DNA of 64,000 bases from Bacillota bacterium (GTDB taxonomy: Bacteria; Bacillota_I; Bacilli_A; RF39; UBA660): contig JAETPN010000001.1 of assembly GCA_021771185.1 (NCBI GenBank), forward strand, positions 4,366 to 68,365, in the 5' to 3' direction. The number at the start of each line of letters is the position of its first letter. The stretch's first letter is position 1. The translations under genes and the position numbers were made by a program. The notes beneath the pieces are model-generated. The model saw only the letters and a program-made list of their open reading frames with translations, did not search any database and had not been told where the DNA came from. This document shows, one piece after another, positions 36,281 to 46,090 of the stretch.

Positions 36281-36640
36281 TTAATGATTCCAATTTTCTT
36301 TGGCACCTAAGTCATAGACATTGGTATACCCCATATCGGTTAATTGTTCTTTAAATGTCTGACTTCTATTTCCACTTTGGCAATAAACGATGATACGTTT
36401 CTGTTTTTCTTTTAAGATTCTCTCAATCATAATTTTGGGTGTATCTACGGGAATAGAAATCGCACCCTCAATATGATCTTTATCGTATTCTACATCTGTA
36501 CGTACATCTACTAAAACAGTATTCCCTTCTTCTAAAAAAGCTTTCGCACTTTTCCCTGTAATGTGTTCCTTTTGCTCTTTTGTACAACCACATGTAGCGA
36601 ATAATAACATACAAGTTAAAAGAAGAATTCCTTTTTTCAT
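36281..36640 (-). CDS. rhodanese-domain lipoprotein
   Basis: The start is reassigned to MKKGILLLTCMLLFATCGC (a lipobox LFATC). The rhodanese active-site loop is CQSGNRS. About 119 aa. Confidence 0.6.
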   Translation of the reverse strand: MKKGILLLTCMLLFATCGCTKEQKEHITGKSAKAFLEEGNTVLVDVRTDVEYDKDHIEGAISIPVDTPKIMIERILKEKQKRIIVYCQSGNRSQTFKEQLTDMGYTNVYDLGAKENWNH

Positions 36641-36685
36641 GGTATCACCAATTTTTATTATAAAGAAAAAACTAGAATATTTCAA

Positions 36686-38011
36686 CTAGTTTTTTAGTGC
36701 TTTAAACATTTTTTTCCATAAATCTTTGGATGAATAATTTAAAATTCCTACTTTGTAAATACGTAATCCATAATGAATAAGTAAGAATATTGTTACAAGG
36801 GTTAATATAATAGATATCAACATTTCAACAATACTAAACTGTCCTAATACAAGTAATGATGGTGCTAGAATAGCGGAAATAAATGGAATATAAGCACATA
36901 TTTTAATAAAAATCGAACCACCAAAAACGTTTGCTAAAATAGACAAATAGTAACCAACTAATGAAATAATCATAATTGGGGTTTGTAATTGTTGGAAATC
37001 TTCAATATTTGTTGTCATACTAGCTAAAACACCAGCAAGTAGCGAGTAAGCAACAAAGGTAAGAATCATTAATAATAAGGTAAGTGGAATGATATAAATA
37101 AGTTTATCTCCAATACTACTTGCCATAACTTGATTGATCGTATCCCCTATTTCACTAGCAAATCCTCCGGTAATGTTTTCACCACCCATGAATGAACGAA
37201 TACATAGACCAATTCCAGCGTATAAAAATAGCAATAATCCTTGTCCTAATACAAAAATATTTCCAGCAAGTACTTTAGAGAAAAAATGGGTTTTTGGGGA
37301 AACATTAGAAATAATAATTTCCATTCCACGTGTTGTTTTTTCATCATTAACTTCTGCGCCAATCATTTGGACTAAGAAAATCGTTAGCATAAAAAATGGT
37401 AAAATGACAATTGGGAAAACCGTGGACATAATCATATGTTCATTTTCTTCTCCATTTTTGACATCATCTTTGGTGTAAGTGTATTCAATCGAAATATCCT
37501 TATAAATTTCTTTCATTTGATCTGGGGTAAGTCCCATTTTCGATAAGGTCAAAGAAGATCTTACTTGTGTGAGTACACTTTTGATCATACTAGCATCTAA
37601 GGTTTTTAAATAATCTTTTGAGACGATCTTTACTTTGATAGGTTCTGTTTCACTGAATGTAACAATCATCCCTAAAGCATCTTTTTCATCTACTAATTTT
37701 TTAACTTCTTTTTCTGTTTTTTCTACTTTCTTTACTTTAAAAGAAGATTCTTTATTTTCAGACATTCCTTTACTACTAGCGATTAATCCTTCTTTAATCA
37801 TGTCATAGCTATAACCTGTTTTATCTACAATATAGACTTGGGTTTTCTTATCAAATTCTCCACCAAAGGTTGTAATAATAGTATCAATATTAATACCGGC
37901 TACAATTACAATGGCAAGTAGAATATTAGCTGCAAGAAACCATTTTGTTTTAATTTTACGTTTTAAACTTACAGAAGTTAAAAACCATAGTTTATTTCTC
38001 ATATACTTCAC
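36686..38011 (-). CDS. ABC-2 family transporter permease (NatB-like)
   Basis: It has an N-terminal TM helix, a large extracytoplasmic loop, and a C-terminal six-helix bundle. It overlaps the upstream ATPase gene by 20 nt. Confidence 0.7.
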   Translation of the reverse strand: MKYMRNKLWFLTSVSLKRKIKTKWFLAANILLAIVIVAGINIDTIITTFGGEFDKKTQVYIVDKTGYSYDMIKEGLIASSKGMSENKESSFKVKKVEKTEKEVKKLVDEKDALGMIVTFSETEPIKVKIVSKDYLKTLDASMIKSVLTQVRSSLTLSKMGLTPDQMKEIYKDISIEYTYTKDDVKNGEENEHMIMSTVFPIVILPFFMLTIFLVQMIGAEVNDEKTTRGMEIIISNVSPKTHFFSKVLAGNIFVLGQGLLLFLYAGIGLCIRSFMGGENITGGFASEIGDTINQVMASSIGDKLIYIIPLTLLLMILTFVAYSLLAGVLASMTTNIEDFQQLQTPIMIISLVGYYLSILANVFGGSIFIKICAYIPFISAILAPSLLVLGQFSIVEMLISIILTLVTIFLLIHYGLRIYKVGILNYSSKDLWKKMFKALKN

Positions 38012-38891
38012 CTACTTTCGCTACAAAGATTTCATTTAATGAAGGTTCTTCTACACTAAATTTTGTAATATTTTGATGTTTACAAACTTCTTTAAAAACA
38101 TTCTCACGAACACTTAGGGAATCTATTTTTACTTCAAATTCATCTGATTTTTCAACAACATCATATACGCCTTTAATTTGAAGCAATGCTTCTTTTGTGA
38201 TATCTCCCTTGATCAAAATGTTTTTCTTACGATACTCTTTTTTTATATCCGCAAGATATCCTTCTAAAACAGATTCACCCTTAACAATAATAGCGATTTT
38301 TTTACAGAATAACTCGACATGTTCCATGCGATGACTTGAAAAAATAATCATACTTCCCTCCTTGGACATACGAATAATTTCCTGTTTAAATAATTCGACA
38401 TTTAGGGGATCCAAACCAGAAAAGGGTTCATCTAAAATAAGTAATTTAGGTTTATTTAAAATAGCCATAATAAATTGAATTTTCTGCTGATTTCCTTTAG
38501 ATAGCTCTTTTAATTTTTTTTCTTTATATTCACTAATTTCAAAACGATCTAATAACTCATCTAAACGTTTTAAAATGTCATTATTACTCATTCCCTTTAA
38601 CGCACCATAAAAAAGAGCTTGTTCTTTGACTGTTAGTTTAGTTAATAAACTTCTTTCTTCCGTTAAAAAACCAATTTGATCCGTAATATCATAACTAATA
38701 GCTTGTCCATCTAAAGTAATCTGTCCCTCACTAGGTTCTAACAAACCCATAATCATTCGGAATGTCGTTGTTTTTCCGGCTCCATTTACGCCTAATAAAC
38801 CAAAAATTTCTCCAGGTTTTACTTCAAAGGATAAGTTTTTAACAGCGCAAAAATCTCCATAATATTTTGTAATATTTTCTACTTTTAACAT
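37992..38891 (-). CDS. ABC transporter ATP-binding protein (NatA-like)
   Basis: Walker A (GVNGAGKTTT), ABC signature (LSKGNQQK), and Walker B (LLILDEP). Confidence 0.85.
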   Translation of the reverse strand: MLKVENITKYYGDFCAVKNLSFEVKPGEIFGLLGVNGAGKTTTFRMIMGLLEPSEGQITLDGQAISYDITDQIGFLTEERSLLTKLTVKEQALFYGALKGMSNNDILKRLDELLDRFEISEYKEKKLKELSKGNQQKIQFIMAILNKPKLLILDEPFSGLDPLNVELFKQEIIRMSKEGSMIIFSSHRMEHVELFCKKIAIIVKGESVLEGYLADIKKEYRKKNILIKGDITKEALLQIKGVYDVVEKSDEFEVKIDSLSVRENVFKEVCKHQNITKFSVEEPSLNEIFVAKVGEVYEK

Positions 38892-38927
38892 AATTCCTCC
38901 TTAACATAAATAAGTGCGTATACGCAC

Positions 38928-39395
38928 TTATTTACAAGTAGCACCAAGGCTTTCATATAAAGTTTTAACATCATCAATCTTTACTTTACCATCTTTAATT
39001 AAAGAGGCATTTGCAGAATCGATTTTAATCATTTCATCTGTATCAATTTTTTCATAATCGATTTTTGTTTTACTTGTTAATGTATCACCAGAGATAGAAA
39101 CATCATAGTTATAATGTTTTACATTCTTATATGGTGAATAAAGTTTTTCAACAGTTGTTTTGTAAGTAGATAAGTAATTCTTATTTTCAGCGATTACTTT
39201 TTCTTCTGTTTCAATCACTTTAACATATTTACCAGCGTAAGTTGCTTTATATTTTAAATCCATCTTAACACCAGTAGTTACATTTGCAGTTCTTGTACAA
39301 GTTAATACCTTTGTTTCTTCTTTTCCACAACCTGTTGCGATTAGTGCAGCTACAAATAAAACTCCAAATAAAATCTTTTTCTTCATTTCTCTCAC
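38928..39395 (-). CDS. hypothetical lipoprotein
   Basis: A signal peptide with a lipobox (LIATGCG). No recognisable domain. Confidence 0.45.
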   Translation of the reverse strand: MREMKKKILFGVLFVAALIATGCGKEETKVLTCTRTANVTTGVKMDLKYKATYAGKYVKVIETEEKVIAENKNYLSTYKTTVEKLYSPYKNVKHYNYDVSISGDTLTSKTKIDYEKIDTDEMIKIDSANASLIKDGKVKIDDVKTLYESLGATCK

Positions 39396-39487
39396 CTTAC
39401 CTTCCTTAATTTCATTATACTACAAATTATGATATTTTTTTATAAAATATGAAAAATTTGTGAAAAAAAAGAAGTCATAGATTCATT

Positions 39488-39916
39488 CTATTTATACTTC
39501 TTGACATAAACCTTTGGTTTTTCATATGTGTCTATTTTATTCATCAAAATTGTATTTTCATCTTCTATTTCTGATGAAATTACAGGTGTATAAACTTCTA
39601 TTGTTTCTTTTTGATTATTTAAAATTTTGATCATTTCTTCCTTTGTATCTGGAAATACTTCATCAGTAAATGTTAAAAATTCTTTGCGTCGTTGGTCAGA
39701 TTTTCGTTCACAAAGAGACCATAAAACTTTAAAAATAACGGCACTTGGTGCAGCACAAGCTGTAAAAAATAGATAAGTAACAGGTTGTTGGGTAAAAATA
39801 CCGATAACAAGCATAATCGGCATAAGAGATAGATTAAGCAGAGTCAATAGACAAAAAGTTTTGGAAAGATGATCAAATAAATAGCAGGATTTAAAATAGT
39901 GTTCGTTTGAATTCAT
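39488..39916 (-). CDS. hypothetical membrane protein
   Basis: It has two to three predicted TM helices in the N-terminal half. No recognisable domain. Confidence 0.35.
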   Translation of the reverse strand: MNSNEHYFKSCYLFDHLSKTFCLLTLLNLSLMPIMLVIGIFTQQPVTYLFFTACAAPSAVIFKVLWSLCERKSDQRRKEFLTFTDEVFPDTKEEMIKILNNQKETIEVYTPVISSEIEDENTILMNKIDTYEKPKVYVKKYK

Positions 39917-39955
39917 GGTTTCACCTCAGGAATATATTATATCACAAAAAAGACT

Positions 39956-41011
39956 CTATTTAAAGAGTCTTATAATATCATTATAAGTAATAAATACCAT
40001 GAGAATCATTAATAAAATAAAACCAATGGAGTGAATCCAATTTTCAACTTTTGGATCTACTGGACGCCCCTTTATTTTTTCGATAATCATAAATAGAAGT
40101 CGTCCTCCATCAAACGCTGGAAGTGGTAGTAAATTAATAAATCCTACATTTACACTTAAATAAGCAGTTAAGTAAATTAAACTTAAAATTCCTGCAGCGG
40201 CGGATTGACCTACTAAATTAAAAATTCCAACTGGTCCAGATAAGTTACCTAATGATAAAGCACCTGTACATAAATAGAAAATAATAAGAACCATTTGGTG
40301 TAATAAAGAAGCTGTTTTTCCAAAGGCGTATCCAATGGATGAGAATAAACCATAGCGTTTTGTGCCATCCATTCCTAATCCATACTTATAGACTGTATTT
40401 CCATCTTTATCTTCTACTTTTTCTGGTCTTATATGAAGTTTTTCTTTTGATCCATCCTTACGTTTTACTTCAATGTTGGCTTTTTTTGGCCCATTTACTT
40501 GAATTTCTAAGATAAATTGATCACTAGATAAAATATTCTTACCATTTACTGAAGTAATTAAATCTCCTTTTTGAAATCCAGCACGTGCAGCCGCACTATT
40601 TTTTTCTACTTCCCCTACTTTTGGTTTTAAAGTTGTACTTCCATCACAAATAGCGATTAAAAACAAAAGGAAAATAGCCAAAATAAAGTTCATCATCACG
40701 CCCGCAATTACGGTTAAAAACTTTTGAAGCCATGTTTTTGATTGCATTCTTTTTTCTTTTGGAATATTTTCATCTGCCTCAATTTCTTCACCAGCCATTT
40801 GAACATATCCACCAATAGGAAACCAACGAAGACAATATAAGGTTTCGTCCCCTTTACGCTTCCAACTATATATTTTAGGTCCCATTCCTATAGAAAATTC
40901 ATAAACATAAATTCCTGCGCGTTTCGCAAAAAAGAAGTGTCCAGCTTCATGAATTAATACAGTAATACCCAAAACTAAAACAAATGCGATTAATGTGATT
41001 AAAAAACTCAT
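39956..41011 (-). CDS. rseP: RIP metalloprotease RseP/RasP (site-2 protease) with a PDZ domain
   Basis: The HEAGHFFFAK HExxH motif is in TM1. It has a PDZ domain and the LDGG motif (PAFDGGRLLF) in the C-terminal TM region. It follows cdsA, as in the conserved uppS-cdsA-rseP operon. Confidence 0.85.
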   Translation of the reverse strand: MSFLITLIAFVLVLGITVLIHEAGHFFFAKRAGIYVYEFSIGMGPKIYSWKRKGDETLYCLRWFPIGGYVQMAGEEIEADENIPKEKRMQSKTWLQKFLTVIAGVMMNFILAIFLLFLIAICDGSTTLKPKVGEVEKNSAAARAGFQKGDLITSVNGKNILSSDQFILEIQVNGPKKANIEVKRKDGSKEKLHIRPEKVEDKDGNTVYKYGLGMDGTKRYGLFSSIGYAFGKTASLLHQMVLIIFYLCTGALSLGNLSGPVGIFNLVGQSAAAGILSLIYLTAYLSVNVGFINLLPLPAFDGGRLLFMIIEKIKGRPVDPKVENWIHSIGFILLMILMVFITYNDIIRLFK

Positions 41012-41023
41012 AATATCCCCTTT

Positions 41024-41824
41024 CTATAAAATACTAATGAAAAACATAAAACCTAACATAACAAAAATAATACTATCCAAGCGATCTAAAATACCACCAT
41101 GTCCTGGCATAATATTAGAAAAATCTTTTTTTCCAAAATAACGTTTAATTGCACTAAATACTAAGTCACCAAATTGACCTAAAATAGATAGGAACAAGGT
41201 CATTAAACAAACAACATATAATGGTGTCGATGCATTAATTACTACGTGATAAAAAACACCAGCAACTAAGACACCAAAGAAAGTTCCACCAATACTCCCT
41301 TCCCATGTTTTATTCGGAGATATGGTTTCTAATAGTTTATGTTTACCAATCAATTTTCCTACAAAATAAGCATAAGTATCTGTCATAATCGTAATAAGGA
41401 AAAGATAAATAATATAGCTTAATGATGCATGACGTACTAAAATAAGTAAATGAAAAGAGATCCCTACAAAGAATAAGCCAGAAATCAAATAAAAGGCATC
41501 ATTTACACTATAAATTTCCCTTTTATGATACATAACTACGGGAATTAAATAAGCTAAAAATAACGCAGCGATCAAACGAAAATCCATCGTAAAAGTAAAA
41601 TCAGCGTTTTCTATATTTGATAAAACCATCACGGTTAGTAATAAATAAGAAATAACTTTTACAAAATCTGGTAGTTTTTTTCTTGTTTCTTTAATACCAA
41701 TAAATTCATGTAATCCTAAAATAGCTAGGATTAAAACAGATAAATCAAATAACCATCCTCCCATAAATAGAAGTGGAATAAATAAAGCAAGTACTACTGC
41801 TGCACTAATGACTCTTTGTTTCAT
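41024..41824 (-). CDS. cdsA: phosphatidate cytidylyltransferase
   Basis: A polytopic membrane protein with the C-terminal CDS signature (NIMPGHGGILDRLDSI). Confidence 0.85.
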   Translation of the reverse strand: MKQRVISAAVVLALFIPLLFMGGWLFDLSVLILAILGLHEFIGIKETRKKLPDFVKVISYLLLTVMVLSNIENADFTFTMDFRLIAALFLAYLIPVVMYHKREIYSVNDAFYLISGLFFVGISFHLLILVRHASLSYIIYLFLITIMTDTYAYFVGKLIGKHKLLETISPNKTWEGSIGGTFFGVLVAGVFYHVVINASTPLYVVCLMTLFLSILGQFGDLVFSAIKRYFGKKDFSNIMPGHGGILDRLDSIIFVMLGFMFFISIL

Positions 41825-42518
41825 CTTTTACGCCTCCAAATCTTCGATCTCTTTTTTGATATGAATCCAATGCTTTTTGAAATTCTTCTGGTTTAAAATC
41901 AGGAAAATAAACATCTGTAAAATATAATTCTGCATAAGCCAAAGAACATAGCATAAAATTACTAATACGCTTTTCTCCACCAGTACGAATGAGTAAATCC
42001 AAAGGTGGTAGTGGTTGATATAAATATTGATAAATAGTCTGTTCATTCAATGTGTTTAAATCAACGTTTTCCTTAACAACCTTTTTTACCATATCGACCA
42101 TTTCTGATAAACCACCATAATTAAGACATATATTTAAAATACCTCGTGTATTGTTTTTTGTATTTTCCATTAAGGATTCTTCCATGGCCATGACACTGTT
42201 TGATAAGTGTTCTTTTCGACCAGAGAATAAAATTTTAATATGATTTTCCTGACATAATTCTTCTAAATGTTTAAAATTATTAGAAAAAAGTGACATTAAA
42301 TAATCAACTTCTGGTTTTGGACGCTTAAAATTTTCTGTAGAAAAAACATAAATACTAATAATTGAAACCCCTTGTTTGTAAATATAGGGAATTAATTCTT
42401 CTAAAGTCTTTAATCCTTCTTTATGACCTAAGCTACGTCCTAAGCCACGTTCTTTTGCCCATCTTCCATTTCCGTCTAAAATAATACCTATGTGATGGGG
42501 AATGTTTATATCCTTCAT
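41805..42518 (-). CDS. uppS: isoprenyl transferase (undecaprenyl diphosphate synthase)
   Basis: HIGIILDGNGRWAKERG cis-prenyltransferase motif. 237 aa. It overlaps cdsA by 20 nt. Confidence 0.9.
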   Translation of the reverse strand: MKDINIPHHIGIILDGNGRWAKERGLGRSLGHKEGLKTLEELIPYIYKQGVSIISIYVFSTENFKRPKPEVDYLMSLFSNNFKHLEELCQENHIKILFSGRKEHLSNSVMAMEESLMENTKNNTRGILNICLNYGGLSEMVDMVKKVVKENVDLNTLNEQTIYQYLYQPLPPLDLLIRTGGEKRISNFMLCSLAYAELYFTDVYFPDFKPEEFQKALDSYQKRDRRFGGVKDETKSH

Positions 42519-42593
42519 ATTTTTTACCTCACTACTTTATTATATTATAAATAACCTATTTTATCAAGAAAAATGAAGATAGAGATCTTCATT

Positions 42594-44288
42594 TTAATGA
42601 ATCATTTGAATAAATGATGACAATGTTATATTTCTTTGTATCGCATACCTTGGCACTAATAATTTATTTGAAGCACGAGTTGCTTTATAGCCACCACCTT
42701 GAAAACCTAGTGCAAAGCCACTTTCCCTTACGGCTTCTACAGCTGCATTATTATAGGCATAAAAAGGATAACAGAAGGCTTTCTTACTTCCTGTTACACT
42801 AATTGATTTTTTCAAATCTTCTAAGACTTGTTCTTTGGTAGAACATAACATTTGAGCTCCACGAGGCACACCACTACAAAGACCTTCAGTATGCATCTCA
42901 TTGGTATGGGATTCAATATCTAAATATGGTGATTGATAGTCTGGTGGAAAGTACCATCCTGTAATTAAGAAAATCGTCGCATGGGCTTGATATTTTTCTA
43001 ATAATGGAATTAATTTATTTCCATTCGATTTTCCAGTTCCTTGTCCCCCATCATCCACGGTTAAAAGAATACTTTTCGCGGGAAGTTCTATTTCTCCATA
43101 CATCCATGCACGAAACTCTTCCATCGTTAAGGTCTTCCAACCATTATCTTTTAAATATTTTAATTGTTCCTCAAACTTCGCTGTATCTAAACAAATACTT
43201 TGATTACAAGATTCACCACTCGCCGCATCATAAAAGAAGTGATAATTTAACACAGGAATTCTCGTTGCATTTCCAGTTAAAGTGATCGAAGGTGTTGTTG
43301 TTTTAACAGGTTCTTTAACCTCTTCTCCTTTTATCATTTTTTCATAATCTGCATCACTTGTACTATTTTTAATGATATAACGAGGAATTGCTGTTATTTT
43401 ATGTTCTAACGTTACTTTATTGTTTTTATTTTCAAATTTTAATGGAAGTCCTTCCTTCATCACTTCTATTTTATAAGAATTATTCTTGATACTATCTGAT
43501 GTTATTTCTTTGTCTGTAGTTAATAAAATGGCTTTTTCTTTTAAACGAATAGATCCTTCTAACCACTTCTCTAATTCTTCTAAAGTAATTGTATAAAACC
43601 CATGTTTTTTTAAGAAATTAAAATGATTTGCGACTTGTTTTTCAGCAATACAAGTTTCTTCCGTGCAAGTTTCTCCTTCTTTATAAATTTGTCCATAATG
43701 TATAACACTAACATATGTACTTTCTATGTCCTTTGTATTTTCATGTTCTTTTAATTCACTGTCTTTTTTTCGAATACCATAAGTATGATTTAAATAGCTT
43801 ACATAGTAAAAATCTTGGTCGGTATACAACAGTGGCAAATTTATACCTTTTTCTAAAGTCATATTTTTCTTTTGATTTTGATAAAAAATTGTTTTCTTTG
43901 TTGTTACAACATTTTGATTAAATAATAAATAAGGATAAGGTTCTTCTTTTAAAGCATCCCCTTTTTTCGTATCTTGATAATATACATAATATTTTTCATC
44001 TTTTAATTTGAAATAATCTTGTTTTGTTGTTTCTATTTTTACTTTCTCTAAAGCAACCGTTTCTTCCTTCAAAAACTTTCCAATCTTTTGATACTTTCCA
44101 TTCTTTTTTTCATAAAGAAAACTGTTCTTTTGTAACTTTACGTGGGAGTTATAGTGAGTGGTAATATCTTTCATAAGTGCTTTTTCTTTTTCCAATTTTA
44201 TATAATAAAAGACACCAACTGCACCTAACATAAGTACTAAAACACTTACAATACATAATATTTTTTGTTTATTTTTCCATTTCTTCAT
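42594..44288 (-). CDS. polysaccharide deacetylase family protein (NodB-homology domains) with an N-terminal membrane anchor
   Basis: An N-terminal TM helix. The NodB motif 1 is TVDDG, with downstream His motifs (HTNEMH). 564 aa, with two deacetylase-like halves. Confidence 0.6.
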   Translation of the reverse strand: MKKWKNKQKILCIVSVLVLMLGAVGVFYYIKLEKEKALMKDITTHYNSHVKLQKNSFLYEKKNGKYQKIGKFLKEETVALEKVKIETTKQDYFKLKDEKYYVYYQDTKKGDALKEEPYPYLLFNQNVVTTKKTIFYQNQKKNMTLEKGINLPLLYTDQDFYYVSYLNHTYGIRKKDSELKEHENTKDIESTYVSVIHYGQIYKEGETCTEETCIAEKQVANHFNFLKKHGFYTITLEELEKWLEGSIRLKEKAILLTTDKEITSDSIKNNSYKIEVMKEGLPLKFENKNNKVTLEHKITAIPRYIIKNSTSDADYEKMIKGEEVKEPVKTTTPSITLTGNATRIPVLNYHFFYDAASGESCNQSICLDTAKFEEQLKYLKDNGWKTLTMEEFRAWMYGEIELPAKSILLTVDDGGQGTGKSNGNKLIPLLEKYQAHATIFLITGWYFPPDYQSPYLDIESHTNEMHTEGLCSGVPRGAQMLCSTKEQVLEDLKKSISVTGSKKAFCYPFYAYNNAAVEAVRESGFALGFQGGGYKATRASNKLLVPRYAIQRNITLSSFIQMIH

Positions 44289-44391
44289 TACTCACACATC
44301 CTACTATTATTATGACAGTTTTATTGTATCAAATATTCATTTAAAATAAAAGTTTTTATCCTAAATTAAACTTTTTTATGATCATATGAAA

Positions 44392-44412
44392 CAAAAAAAG
44401 AGATTTCTCTCT
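44392..44412 (-). terminator. rho-independent terminator downstream of the rpsP-KH operon
   Basis: On the minus strand: GAGAGAaatCTCTC followed by T7, immediately after the stop codon. Confidence 0.55.
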
Positions 44413-44657
44413 TAAAATGAATCAATATTAATTTTAATTCGCTTATTCTCATCTAAGTACGATGCGGCTTGTACAAGTGTACGAATAGAATTTGCGGTTG
44501 CTCCTCTACGTCCAACTACTCTTCCCATATCGTCTTCACTAACAAGCACTTGAATATTAATCACATTTTCCTCATCTTCGAATTGTTTTACTGAAACCAT
44601 TTCAGGATCACGCACAACATTTTTTACTAAATATTCTGTTAATTCTATTAACTTCAT
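44412..44657 (-). CDS. KH-domain RNA-binding protein (YlqC/UPF0109)
   Basis: 81 aa with GRVVGRRGATANSIRTL, a KH GxxG loop. It is translationally coupled to rpsP (ATGA overlap). Confidence 0.8.
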   Translation of the reverse strand: MKLIELTEYLVKNVVRDPEMVSVKQFEDEENVINIQVLVSEDDMGRVVGRRGATANSIRTLVQAASYLDENKRIKINIDSF

Positions 44658-44929
44658 TATTTTGCGTTTCTTTCGTTATGGAATTTTTCCATGATACCTT
44701 GTTTTTTGAATAAATCTCTTACAGTATCTGTTGGTTCAGCACCATTTCTTAACCATTTAAGTGCGATCTCTTCATTAATTTTGATTTCAGCAGGTTCTGT
44801 AATTGGATTATAAGTTCCTACTAATTCAATAAATTTTCCATCACGTGGTGAACGTGCATCTGCAGCTACAACACGGTAAAATGGTCTTTTTTTCGCACCC
44901 ATTCTTTTTAATCTTAATTTAACAGCCAT
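44657..44929 (-). CDS. rpsP: 30S ribosomal protein S16
   Basis: [35 protein letters not shown] is a canonical bS16 N-terminus. Confidence 0.95.
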   Translation of the reverse strand: MAVKLRLKRMGAKKRPFYRVVAADARSPRDGKFIELVGTYNPITEPAEIKINEEIALKWLRNGAEPTDTVRDLFKKQGIMEKFHNERNAK

Positions 44930-44987
44930 GTTTCTTCCTCCTTTTGTACTACTTCATTCTATCACAAAAAAACACTAGTGTCAACAC

Positions 44988-45548
44988 TTATTGGTTGACA
45001 CTAGAATCGATATATTCTTCATTGACTTCTTCGTCAATTGCTTGTAGATCTTCTTCTGTTACTTCATCTTCTAGATCATCCCATGGTTCTTCTTCTTCCT
45101 CAATCGCAATTTTTACTTTTGTTTCACCTACGATTTCTACGCCAAGTTCTTTTTCAACGTCAAAATTAATTTTTCCAGACCCATCAATATCCACTTTTGT
45201 ACAATTAGGTTGACTAAGTGTACGTACAATAATATCGGTATCTCCTGTTAAATCCGCATCCGCTTTTGTTTTAACATTAAACATTTCACTATAATCAATT
45301 TGTTTACTTACAACGGTTGTTTTACTATCATTATCATAAGAATACCAAATATTTACATCATAAGAACCATTGACACCAATTTTCGTTCCTGATTTAAATC
45401 CAGAAAATTTATGATTGATAATCCAACATCCTAATACTGTTGTAGGTTTAGAATCTACATCAATAGAATAATTATTTTTGAAATATTTTTTCCCTTTACC
45501 GATAATTGCTTTTGTTACAATTTCTTTATATATGGCCATATTCTTCAC
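44988..45548 (-). CDS. cotE: spore outer coat morphogenetic protein CotE homolog
   Basis: 186 aa, colinear with B. subtilis CotE: EIVTKAIIGKGKKYF / ILGCWIINHKF / NIWYSYDNDSKTTVV / LSQPNCTKV / EIVGETKV, plus an acidic C-terminal tail. Confidence 0.7.
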   Translation of the reverse strand: MKNMAIYKEIVTKAIIGKGKKYFKNNYSIDVDSKPTTVLGCWIINHKFSGFKSGTKIGVNGSYDVNIWYSYDNDSKTTVVSKQIDYSEMFNVKTKADADLTGDTDIIVRTLSQPNCTKVDIDGSGKINFDVEKELGVEIVGETKVKIAIEEEEEPWDDLEDEVTEEDLQAIDEEVNEEYIDSSVNQ

Positions 45549-45609
45549 CCCTCACTTTAATGTATGCCTAAAATTTTAAAAGGTGTACAAAAAAATGACT
45601 TTCGTCATT

Positions 45610-46035
45610 TTATTTTAAAACTTTCTGTTTGTTTATTTTCTTAGAGTCATGTAACTCTTCTTTAATTTGCGTTGTCGAAATTCCTTCTGTACGATGAAGA
45701 AATTCAACGTTACAGTAATCTCTTAGATACTCAAATTGATCACTTCCAGCCCAATCACTCCCCATGACAACAGTATCTACATGATACTTTTTAATATCTT
45801 CAATTTTTTGTTCCCAACATTCCTCTGGTATTACACTATCAACATATTTAATAGCTTCCAATAATTCTTTTCTAATCGCATAGTTATAATAAGATTTTTT
45901 TCCTTTTTTTTCATTAAACTCATCTGTAGATAACCCAACAATCAAATAGTCTCCTAAATCTTTTGCTTGTTTTAATAAACGAATATGTCCATAATGTAAT
46001 AAATCAAATGTTCCATAGGTTAATATTATTTTCAT
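45610..46035 (-). CDS. tagD: glycerol-3-phosphate cytidylyltransferase
   Basis: The start is reassigned to MKIILTYGTFDLLHYGHIRLL. The cytidylyltransferase HxGH motif is present, plus RTEGISTT. The RBS is GAGGGGA. Confidence 0.8.
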   Translation of the reverse strand: MKIILTYGTFDLLHYGHIRLLKQAKDLGDYLIVGLSTDEFNEKKGKKSYYNYAIRKELLEAIKYVDSVIPEECWEQKIEDIKKYHVDTVVMGSDWAGSDQFEYLRDYCNVEFLHRTEGISTTQIKEELHDSKKINKQKVLK

Positions 46036-46090
46036 CTTATCCCCTCGTTTCAATTTGTTATTATAACAAAAAAAACAGATTTTTCAAAAT

